64,000 nt of DNA from Blastocatellia bacterium. GTDB taxonomy: Bacteria > Acidobacteriota > Blastocatellia > RBC074. Below the pieces are notes generated by a model, which was not told where the DNA came from, made no database searches, and was given only the letters and a program-made list of their open reading frames with translations. Positions 53,577 to 61,742 of this stretch are shown piece by piece. The DNA is taken from NCBI GenBank assembly GCA_035331565.1, contig DAOLKO010000017.1:30832-94831 (forward strand), written 5' to 3'. Position numbers and translations under genes: made by a program. Each line of letters starts with the position of its first letter. Within the stretch, counting starts at the first letter, position 1.

Positions 53577-55718
53577 ATGAACGGAAAGTTGCTCAGACTC
53601 TGTTTTGCGCTGGTCTGGCCGGCGCTTGTTTGTTGGCAACAGGCAATGGCGCAAGCGCCGGCAACGCCTGCTGAAGTCAGTCAGGCACAAAAGCTTTTCC
53701 AGGCCAAAGACTATGACGGCGCGATCAAAACGCTGGAAGAGTATTTCCAGCGCAATCCTTCGGCGACGACGGGACTGTTGCTGCTGGGCAATGCGTACCG
53801 CCGGAAAGGCGAACTGGACAAGGCGCTGGCCGCTTACCTGAAAGCCGTCCCTGCGCGTCCGCTCCGTTTGCAGGCATTGCCCAGCGCCGCCGGCGTGCAG
53901 GCGTTGAAAGGCGCTTCGGACGAAGCGTTCGAGCTGCTCGGCCAATTACGCGATTCAGGCGCTTACGACATGGAATTGCTGCGAACGAACGAGGATTTCA
54001 AATCGTTGCGCGGCGATGCGCGTTGGGAAAAGTTGTTTCCGAAACCGGAAGACTTCACCAATCCTTTTGTCGAACCGGTCAAAGTTATTCACGAATGGAC
54101 TGCCGAAACTAAAGGCGATCAGTTCAGTTGGATTGCCCGCAGCATAGGCGATGTGGACGGTGACAAGGTGAAAGACATCGTCACATCCGCGCCGACTTAT
54201 GGCGCAAACGGACAGGCGGCAGGGCCGGGGCGCGTTTATGTTTATTCCGGCAAGAGCGGCAAGCTGCTGTGGACGCAAACGGGCGAAACGCCGATCTCAG
54301 GCTTGGGGATGGGATTGGAAGGCGCGGGCGATGTCAACGCCGACGGCATCCCCGATGTGATTGCGGGCGCGCCGGGCGCGAACAAAGCCTTCGTTTATTC
54401 CGGCAAAGACGGCAAGCTGCTGCTGAAGCTTGGTTCCGGCGCAACGGAAAATGAAAGCTTCGGCAGCAGCGCCAGTGGAGCAGGCGATCAGAATGGCGAC
54501 GGCTACGCCGATGTGATTGTCGGCGCGCCGGGCAGCAATGCCGCCGGACAAGGCGCGGGGCGCATCTATGTATTTTCCGGCAAGGACGGCGCGCTGCTGT
54601 TGAAACTCGACGGCGATAAGGCGGGCGCGGCTTTCGGCAGCATCGTTGCGGGTTATAAAAACAACCAGCACGCTTTCCTGTTGGCAGGCGCGCCGGGCGC
54701 GGGCGCAAACGGGAGTGGGCGCGTTTATGTTTACGCAGGCTTGAACGACAAGCCGAAGTTCATCATCGAATCCGATGAAACCGGCGCGGCACTGGGCGCG
54801 ATGTTCGCGTCAGTAGTTGGCGATGTGGACGGCGACAAAGTGCCGGACGTTTACGCTTCCGATTTTCCAAACACCGCCAAAGGCCCGGCCACAGGCCGCG
54901 TTTACGTGCATTCCGGCGCGGACGGACGGCGGCTGCACACGCTGACCGGCGAAGCACCCGGCGGCGCTTTCGGCATAGGCTCCGCCGATGTGGGCGATGT
55001 GAATAAAGACGGCTTTGACGATCTGCTCGTCGGCGCGTGGCAATACGCAGGCGCGGCGCAATCCGGCGGCAAGGTGTATTTGTATTCGGGCAAGGACGGC
55101 AGCCTGTTGCGCGCCATTACCTGCCGCGTGCCGGGCGAAACCTTCGGCTTTGACGCCACGGGCGTGGGCGATGTGGACGGCGACGGCGTGATTGATTTCC
55201 TGCTGACTTCGACCTGGAGCAACATCAAAGGCTTTCGTTCCGGGCGAATGTTCGTCATCTCCGGCAAGGTTCCGGCTGCACCTTGCGCCGACCAACCGCA
55301 ATATAAGCAATTCGATTTTTGGGTGGGCGAATGGGACGTAACCGTGCAGGATCGCAAGGTTGCCGACAGCAGCATTCAACGCACGGTGGGCAGTTGCGTC
55401 ATTTACGAAAACTACGAGCAGGCTGGCGGCTTTCAAGGCAAGAGCTTCAATTTTTACGATGCGAACCTGGGAAAGTGGCGGCAAACCTGGGTGGACGCGA
55501 CCGGCACGGCGGCGGACTTTTCCGGCGAATACAAAGACGGCGCAATGCGCTACGAGGGCGAATCGCATCGCGCCAACGGTACGAAACTTAAACAACGCAT
55601 GACGGTTTACAACCTCGGCCCGAACCGCGTGCGCCAATACGGCGAACGTTCGACAGATGAAGGTAAAACCTGGGCGGTGACTTACGACTTTCTTTACATC
55701 AGGAAAAAGCAGAATTGA
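53577..55718 (+). CDS. Secreted TPR + FG-GAP (integrin-alpha-like beta-propeller) repeat protein with C-terminal domain of unknown function
   Basis: Start ATG 53577 (MNGKLLRLCFALVWPALVCW) with a GAGGGGG RBS. TPR-like helices. Repeated GDVxxDGxxDxxxGAP...G(R/K)VYVxSG FG-GAP units. C-terminal FDFWVGEWDV... domain. Confidence 0.75.
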   Translation: MNGKLLRLCFALVWPALVCWQQAMAQAPATPAEVSQAQKLFQAKDYDGAIKTLEEYFQRNPSATTGLLLLGNAYRRKGELDKALAAYLKAVPARPLRLQALPSAAGVQALKGASDEAFELLGQLRDSGAYDMELLRTNEDFKSLRGDARWEKLFPKPEDFTNPFVEPVKVIHEWTAETKGDQFSWIARSIGDVDGDKVKDIVTSAPTYGANGQAAGPGRVYVYSGKSGKLLWTQTGETPISGLGMGLEGAGDVNADGIPDVIAGAPGANKAFVYSGKDGKLLLKLGSGATENESFGSSASGAGDQNGDGYADVIVGAPGSNAAGQGAGRIYVFSGKDGALLLKLDGDKAGAAFGSIVAGYKNNQHAFLLAGAPGAGANGSGRVYVYAGLNDKPKFIIESDETGAALGAMFASVVGDVDGDKVPDVYASDFPNTAKGPATGRVYVHSGADGRRLHTLTGEAPGGAFGIGSADVGDVNKDGFDDLLVGAWQYAGAAQSGGKVYLYSGKDGSLLRAITCRVPGETFGFDATGVGDVDGDGVIDFLLTSTWSNIKGFRSGRMFVISGKVPAAPCADQPQYKQFDFWVGEWDVTVQDRKVADSSIQRTVGSCVIYENYEQAGGFQGKSFNFYDANLGKWRQTWVDATGTAADFSGEYKDGAMRYEGESHRANGTKLKQRMTVYNLGPNRVRQYGERSTDEGKTWAVTYDFLYIRKKQN

Positions 55719-55761
55719 TAGCGCACCAGAAATGGAAATCTTCGGCAATAACCGTGAATGA

Positions 55762-56871
55762 TTAAGGCTGTACTTCTTTGAAGCTGATGCCCGTCATATC
55801 TTCAAACAAAGCTTTGACGCCCCAGCCGCCGAAATTTTCCGTGACGGCCAGCCAGAGTTCGTTCGCGCCTTTTTTCAGCGGCAAATAGACCTCATCGTGC
55901 AAGCCGATGGTTCCCATAAAATGTTCGTCGCGGGAGCGGAACACATTGCTGCCGCCGGAAATCAACCGGTCGTTGCAATACACCTTGACGGCATCGCTGA
56001 AACCGAAGCGCAGCTTTTTCACCTGCTCGCGGTCGGACTGAATCACCAGCCGTGCGAAAACCGTGTCGCGTTCCGGTTCCGTGCCTTGCAACCGGGCGAG
56101 GTTGGCGATTCCGGTAGGCTCGCTATCCAGCCGCTTCCAACTCAGCGATTGTTTGTCCGCCGTCTGAAGTTGGTATTTGTCATTGAGCGATTTGCCCGCG
56201 ACGGCGTTGGAAACCAGCCAAGACATGACAGTGCCGGGGGTTGCCCGCTCTGCTGCTTTCGGTTTGCCTTTGAGCGGCAGGCGCGATTGCGCGACGAAGC
56301 TGAAGTTCGAGTAATAGCCCGGCCCGAAATTGCTGACGCGCAAGCCGACTTTGCCGGGTTTGATTTCGTGCTTCAGTTCGTTGACGAACAGCGCGGGCGT
56401 TTCCATGTCTTTGATGTAAACCTCCGCCTGTTTGCCGACAACGACGATTTTGACGTGCGTCCATTGGTTGAATTCATACTTGGTTGCTGCGCCGTAGCCT
56501 TCGCCGGAATACAGTTGCCAGGCTTCGACGCCGTTGAAAACCGGCTGATATTGATTCGCATCGCCGTGGCTGGAATGCGGCGGGCGCAGGTAAAAGTCCT
56601 CGTAATTTCGCGTGTCTTGCAACCGCCACACCGCACCCATAAATCCCTGTTCGTCGGTGAACGCGATGTCGAATTCAATGATGCCGTCGGTGAACGGAGC
56701 GTCTTTGATAAGCGCAAAACCGCCTTTCAGATAGAGGGTCTTGCGTCCCAAATGTTCGATGATCTTGTGTTCTTTGGCTTGTATTTCCCAGCGGTCGGAA
56801 TCGAAGGGAACGATTTGCGCAGTCGCGCTGATGGATAAAAGCAGCATTGCCGCCAAACAAAACTTTGCCAT
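55762..56871 (-). CDS. Hypothetical secreted two-domain beta-sandwich protein
   Basis: Signal peptide MAKFCLAAMLLLSISATAQ. No confident family assignment. Confidence 0.55.
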   Translation of the reverse strand: MAKFCLAAMLLLSISATAQIVPFDSDRWEIQAKEHKIIEHLGRKTLYLKGGFALIKDAPFTDGIIEFDIAFTDEQGFMGAVWRLQDTRNYEDFYLRPPHSSHGDANQYQPVFNGVEAWQLYSGEGYGAATKYEFNQWTHVKIVVVGKQAEVYIKDMETPALFVNELKHEIKPGKVGLRVSNFGPGYYSNFSFVAQSRLPLKGKPKAAERATPGTVMSWLVSNAVAGKSLNDKYQLQTADKQSLSWKRLDSEPTGIANLARLQGTEPERDTVFARLVIQSDREQVKKLRFGFSDAVKVYCNDRLISGGSNVFRSRDEHFMGTIGLHDEVYLPLKKGANELWLAVTENFGGWGVKALFEDMTGISFKEVQP

Positions 56872-56907
56872 GGTTGCTCTCCTTGTGAAGGTTGTTCGCG
56901 GCGAAGC

Positions 56908-57774
56908 TTAGCGAGGCGGAAAGAGGCAGTCTTGTACGTTCTTGCTGCCGGCCTGATAGCGGCTGGGCGAGACGCCGACCAGACGTTTGAAGTGGCGATG
57001 AAAATGGCTTTGATCGAAGAACCCGACTTGCGACGCCACTTGAGAAGCAGGCCAACCTTGTCGCAGCAGTTCCTTGGCCCGAAGCACGCGCAATTGCATT
57101 TGGAATGCGTGCGGCGGCATACCGGTTTGCACCGTGAAGACGCGATGAAAATGGAACGGGCTTAGGTTCGCCTGTTGTGCGAGGGTGTCCAACGAAACGT
57201 TTTCGGAAAAATGCGCCGTCAAATATTCGCAGGCACGATTGACGGCTTGATGCTCTAACTTGAAAGATGGCAAGAGCGTAGGCTGTTCGGCAAAGCCGCG
57301 AATCAACTCCGTCAACAGGTTCAACAACAGGGCTTCCCGTTCCAATCGCGCGGCGGATTGTTCCAGCGCGCCGTAAAAGCGAAGGTACGTTTGAATCAAT
57401 CTTTGATCGGCCACCACCGCCGCCGGAAAGAACGGCAGCGCTGCCTCTTTCCGGCGAATGCTCGTGGCCGCGCCGCGCATCAAGTCTGCGTCCAGGTAAA
57501 CCGCGCGATAGCTGCAACCGAATTGATCGAACGAGCGATTGGAATGCACTTCACCCGGATGCACGATGAACAAGCTGGCCGGCGGCGTCAGGTGATTGCT
57601 GCCGCGATACGTGAGTTCGCCTTCGCCCGCCTGAATCAAGCACAGCTGATATTCCTCGTGCCAATGGCGCGGGACGGCACCCGCAACTGCCGCACCGCGG
57701 CGCAACTCAAGCTGCGCAAAATCCGGCGGTCGCCAGACTTCGATGGATTGAGCCTGTGGCTTTGCTTCTTTCAT
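56908..57774 (-). CDS. AraC-family transcriptional regulator (cupin-type sensing domain + HTH_18)
   Basis: N-terminal cupin motif HWHEEYQLCLI. C-terminal AraC HTH (SLDTLAQQANLSPFHFHRVF...GFFDQSHFHRHFKRLVGVSPSRYQ). Confidence 0.85.
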   Translation of the reverse strand: MKEAKPQAQSIEVWRPPDFAQLELRRGAAVAGAVPRHWHEEYQLCLIQAGEGELTYRGSNHLTPPASLFIVHPGEVHSNRSFDQFGCSYRAVYLDADLMRGAATSIRRKEAALPFFPAAVVADQRLIQTYLRFYGALEQSAARLEREALLLNLLTELIRGFAEQPTLLPSFKLEHQAVNRACEYLTAHFSENVSLDTLAQQANLSPFHFHRVFTVQTGMPPHAFQMQLRVLRAKELLRQGWPASQVASQVGFFDQSHFHRHFKRLVGVSPSRYQAGSKNVQDCLFPPR

Positions 57775-57792
57775 TCACCGTACGCTTTCAGA

Positions 57793-58320
57793 TTAAACGT
57801 CCCGCAGCAACGACAGATATGCCCGCCACGGTCCCACGGCCTGTGTGTATTGGCGTCCCATCACACGACTGATTTGCGCCAGATGATTGAAGTCATGCAC
57901 CGTCCAGGTCGCCAGCAGTTGTCCCAGCGTGACCGCACCGAATTCTGGATGCCGTCCGGTTTTGAGCATGTCGTCAGCCGTCAATTGCCAACCCGCGAGC
58001 GTGGCCAGACTCTCTGCACGCAGTCGCGCGAACTCGTCCAGCATTTCGTTGAGCGATTTGCCCGCCGACCTTTCGAATTGCGCGAAACGGTCAAAAACAT
58101 CGAACGTGCGCGTTTCGCCCGCTTCCAAAATGATGCGCGCGCGGGGAATCCAGTCGGTCTCTTCGCCGTGAATCAGATGGCCGACCACGTCGAACGGACT
58201 CCAACTCTCTCCGCCTTCATTTTGATGCGTCCAGGCTTCAGGCAAGTCGCGCAACAGTGCATTGAGCGCGTCCGGCGTGCGGCGTAAAACGGCGATGGTG
58301 TGCTCCAATTGAAAATCCAT
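57793..58320 (-). CDS. DinB/YfiT-like (DinB_2) metal-dependent four-helix-bundle protein
   Basis: Start ATG 58320 (MDFQLEH). Conserved His pattern (GHLIHGEE...HDFNHLAQI). Confidence 0.7.
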   Translation of the reverse strand: MDFQLEHTIAVLRRTPDALNALLRDLPEAWTHQNEGGESWSPFDVVGHLIHGEETDWIPRARIILEAGETRTFDVFDRFAQFERSAGKSLNEMLDEFARLRAESLATLAGWQLTADDMLKTGRHPEFGAVTLGQLLATWTVHDFNHLAQISRVMGRQYTQAVGPWRAYLSLLRDV

Positions 58321-58678
58321 GATTGTCGTCTCCTGCGGCAACGTACACTTCCAAGTGGACTGCGGCAAGAGCCAATTTTGCGATTTCAACCCCGCCATTT
58401 GTCGCACGCATCGTTTCCGATACCTGAAATTGCCGTCATCTCGCCTTGAGTAATGAGCCGTTTGTTCGAGGCTTTATCATGAATCTTGACTTCCCGTTCT
58501 TCGCCCTTGCCGGTCACGCTTTGCACAATCATGCGGCCGGTCGGCTTCTGCAATGCATCCTTGCCGCCAAGCCCCTACACATACTTTTCCGGAATCTGCC
58601 CAAGCGTCGGCGTCACTTCCGGCGCGCTTCCGGTTTGCGCAAAGGCTAATTGTTCACTTCTGTCGCCGGCAGGGTCGG

Positions 58679-59914
58679 TTATTTCAGTTCTATCGCCGCG
58701 ATTGTCCGGCGGTCGCGCACGTACAGCGTGGTGCCGACGAGCGCCGGGATGCTCCACGCATTGTTGCTAAGCAGCGCGGCTTTGGAGTGAATGGTCAAGC
58801 CTTCCGCCGTGGGAGTAGCAAGCGCGAGGTTGCCGTCTTCGTCGAGAATCAACAGGCGGCCTTCGACGAGCAGGAACGACGCGCGTGGAAAGCTGCGATT
58901 GCGCCAGACGATCTTGCCCGTCTTGACGTTGACGGCGGTCAGCGGCGCGGGACCGAAATCGCCGCTCGAACCGAAAACCAGATCGCCGACGCGAATGCAG
59001 TTGCCGAAATGTACGCGCATCAAGCGATGAAACCAGACTTCTTCAACGTTGGTCTTGTCGCCGTTGCGCACCAGCTTCAGCACGCGGCTGCCGCCGTTAT
59101 AACCCGACGAAATGAAGAGCAGATTGTCGTCGCCCCACACCGGCGTCATCGTGTTCAAACCGAAATCCGTTTCGTGCTGATGCTGCCACAGCAATGCGCC
59201 GTTGTCGGGATTTACGCCGATAATCTCACCGTACATAAACGCAACGAGTTGCTCCTGCCCATTCACGTTGATGAGCAGCGGCGAGGAAGTCGAGTTCTTG
59301 AAATCGTGCTTGCGCCAAACCACAGCGCCGTCTTTTTGATTGAAGGCCATCAGCGCCGCGCCCGCGCCGCCGACCATTACAATAATCGTGTTCTTATAAG
59401 CCAGCGGGCTGCACGCATAGCCGTTCACGCGCACCGTGCCGTTGAATTCCTTGAACAGATCATGCGCCCAGACGAATTTGCCGGTTTGTTTGTTCAGGCA
59501 ATGCAGCTTGCCCGTTGCGCCGGTGGTGAAGACGAAATCGCCCACAACCAACGGCGTCGCATGCGGGCCGGGCCCGTTGGACATGTCCTGCCCCTGCCAA
59601 AACGGTGCGTAATAAACGAACTCCCACACGGTCTTGCCCGTCGCCGCATCAAGCGCGACGACGACATCCTGCTCGCCTTTGCGGTACATCGTGAAAAGCC
59701 TGCCGCCCGCAACCGCGATGGATGAATAACCGTCGCCGAGCGCGCGGCTCCACAGCTTGCGCGGCCCGCCTTCCGGCCAGCTTGTCGCCAGCCCGGTTGA
59801 CGCGGATTTGAAGTCGCGTTGCGGCCCGCCCCATTGCGTCCAGTCGGTGGATTGCGCTGTCGCGCTCAGGCCAAGTGCGCTCAGCAACAGTAGTGTGATG
59901 AAAACCTGCTTCAT
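58679..59914 (-). CDS. Secreted PQQ-like beta-propeller repeat protein
   Basis: Signal peptide. Repeated G..vW pattern (GKTVWEF, GKFVWAH, GAVVWRK, GALLWQH, GKIVWRN). Confidence 0.7.
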   Translation of the reverse strand: MKQVFITLLLLSALGLSATAQSTDWTQWGGPQRDFKSASTGLATSWPEGGPRKLWSRALGDGYSSIAVAGGRLFTMYRKGEQDVVVALDAATGKTVWEFVYYAPFWQGQDMSNGPGPHATPLVVGDFVFTTGATGKLHCLNKQTGKFVWAHDLFKEFNGTVRVNGYACSPLAYKNTIIVMVGGAGAALMAFNQKDGAVVWRKHDFKNSTSSPLLINVNGQEQLVAFMYGEIIGVNPDNGALLWQHQHETDFGLNTMTPVWGDDNLLFISSGYNGGSRVLKLVRNGDKTNVEEVWFHRLMRVHFGNCIRVGDLVFGSSGDFGPAPLTAVNVKTGKIVWRNRSFPRASFLLVEGRLLILDEDGNLALATPTAEGLTIHSKAALLSNNAWSIPALVGTTLYVRDRRTIAAIELK

Positions 59915-61026
59915 TGTTTCACCTGCGGTTTTTCAAACAACTTCGCATCCAACTCACCGTTGAGCGTGAGGGTTTCGATAACGGAAGATTGATCTTTCCA
60001 CAGTTGTCCGTTGAACATCGCCGTGATTTTGAACGGCAGCGTGACGCCTGCGACTGTGCGAAAGTCGGAAAAGATTTGGACGAACTCGCCATAAGCGCCC
60101 TGCGGCGGCCCGTGTCGCTGGTACGACAGGCTCAACAAGCGTCCCGTCGCTGTTTCAAAGCCGAGCACAACAGGCGCGCCCGCCAATTCCACCGCAACTT
60201 GTTCGACCGCCGTTTCGCCTACTTTACCCGCGCCGAGATACGTCGCTTTCAGGCCAACGCGCGCGCGCAGAATCGAGAGCGGCTTGCGCTGTAGCTGCCG
60301 CTCCTGCTCGACGCGTTGCGCGCCATCCAGCGGAAACACCTTGCCACTGCTATTGACGACGAAGGGTTCGCCCGCCAGCACCATTACCTGATGCATCATC
60401 ACGGAGGGGTCGTTGAAACCCGGCATCTCAATTTCCAACCGGACACGCTCAGGAAAAGTCATCCGCAAATTGTTTTTGACGACGATTTCGCCCTGCGGGC
60501 CGCGCGTCTGCGTCGTCGTACTTGTTTCCTGATAGCTGCTCAGTCCATCAATTTTGGTCGCGCCGCCCATCGCTACGACGGCTTTATCGAGCAGCGCCGC
60601 GCCTTTCTTCAAAGCCTCCGGCGTAGCCTTTAACGGCTTGTGCTCCGGCGGCAGATACTTTTCCGGCGCAGCGACAAATAGCGTCTTGCACTGTTCCGAA
60701 CCGAAAATGTAAATGCGCCCATTGTGGACGGCGTACAAATCGGCAATGCCGGTAACCGGCGCGCCCATCCGCGCGCACGCGCCGTCCAATTGAATTTCGT
60801 AACGCGCCGGATCTTTTTCAAACGCGGCTTTGTTGGCTTCGTTGGCGAACAGGTAGCGGAACTTGCCGCGCGTGACCGTGATTTTCAGGTCGCCTTGCGC
60901 CTCTTTGCCCTGAACCAACATCACCGGATCAAGTCCTTCGAGTGCGTCCGTCACTTGCGATTGCGCCGTCACCATTGCCGTCAAAGCGGCCAACAGCACG
61001 ATGCTCGACAAAAATGATTTGTACAT
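59911..61026 (-). CDS. Hypothetical secreted protein with two YHS-like modules lacking metal-binding Cys, plus a C-terminal beta-rich domain
   Basis: Start ATG 61026 (MYKSFLSSIVLLAALTAMVTAQ). DPVMLVQG...GKFRYLFANEANKAAFEKDPARY and GAPVTG...NGRIYIFGSEQCKTLFVAAPEKY resemble YHS domains. Tentative. Confidence 0.5.
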   Translation of the reverse strand: MYKSFLSSIVLLAALTAMVTAQSQVTDALEGLDPVMLVQGKEAQGDLKITVTRGKFRYLFANEANKAAFEKDPARYEIQLDGACARMGAPVTGIADLYAVHNGRIYIFGSEQCKTLFVAAPEKYLPPEHKPLKATPEALKKGAALLDKAVVAMGGATKIDGLSSYQETSTTTQTRGPQGEIVVKNNLRMTFPERVRLEIEMPGFNDPSVMMHQVMVLAGEPFVVNSSGKVFPLDGAQRVEQERQLQRKPLSILRARVGLKATYLGAGKVGETAVEQVAVELAGAPVVLGFETATGRLLSLSYQRHGPPQGAYGEFVQIFSDFRTVAGVTLPFKITAMFNGQLWKDQSSVIETLTLNGELDAKLFEKPQVKQ

Positions 61027-61066
61027 TGCAATTCCTCTCGGTGTTCTCAACAGTTTGTTTTGGGGA

Positions 61067-61729
61067 TTACTTTGGAGCTGCCATCAGCGTTTGATGTTCT
61101 TCAGCCGGTGCGCGCACGACTGAAACTTCCCGTGCCTTTTGTTTTTGCACGTAGCTTGGATTGAGCGTCCCTTTTTCTTTGGCCACGGTCAGGATGGTTG
61201 GGTAGAACTGGGCGAAAGTGTTTTCAACTGCGGCATTCTTGCTGTGGCAGTCAAAACAACCGGCCTCTTTCGGAAGAGCTTTAGCGGCTTGAACCGTCGT
61301 TCCCAGATCGAAGTACGCCCATTTTTCGGGAAAGCGTTGTTCGTCTTTGACGGCGGCTTCCAACGTCAGCAAGTTTCCCTGGTACTGCCCGCCTTGTGCG
61401 AAAGTTCCTTTGTCCATTAATCGGCGAAGTTCCAGTAGGAAAATCGTCTTGTCCGGCCATTTGCCGCTGCCGATGAATTTTTTGTAGGCAGATGGATTGA
61501 CGTACACATTCTCAAACGCGGGGTTGCCCGGGTTCGCGCTCGGCCCATATTGCAGCCCAACGCTGGAACTCAAAAAAATCCAGTCTCGATAATTTGCCGG
61601 ACGAATCAGTTGGCCGTCTTTGGTGTACTGCGGTCCGTCCGCCGCTTCCTTCACTGCCGAGGTGCTGCTCCAAGTGAACAGCAAGACAGGCACAAGCGCG
61701 ATCACAAACACAATCATTTTCTTCATCAC
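61067..61729 (-). CDS. Cytochrome P460 / cytochrome c'-beta family protein (periplasmic mono-heme)
   Basis: Signal peptide. Single C-terminal heme motif CFDCH. N-terminal ANYRDW region typical of the P460 family. Confidence 0.6.
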   Translation of the reverse strand: MMKKMIVFVIALVPVLLFTWSSTSAVKEAADGPQYTKDGQLIRPANYRDWIFLSSSVGLQYGPSANPGNPAFENVYVNPSAYKKFIGSGKWPDKTIFLLELRRLMDKGTFAQGGQYQGNLLTLEAAVKDEQRFPEKWAYFDLGTTVQAAKALPKEAGCFDCHSKNAAVENTFAQFYPTILTVAKEKGTLNPSYVQKQKAREVSVVRAPAEEHQTLMAAPK

Positions 61730-61742
61730 GGTCTCCTTTCAG

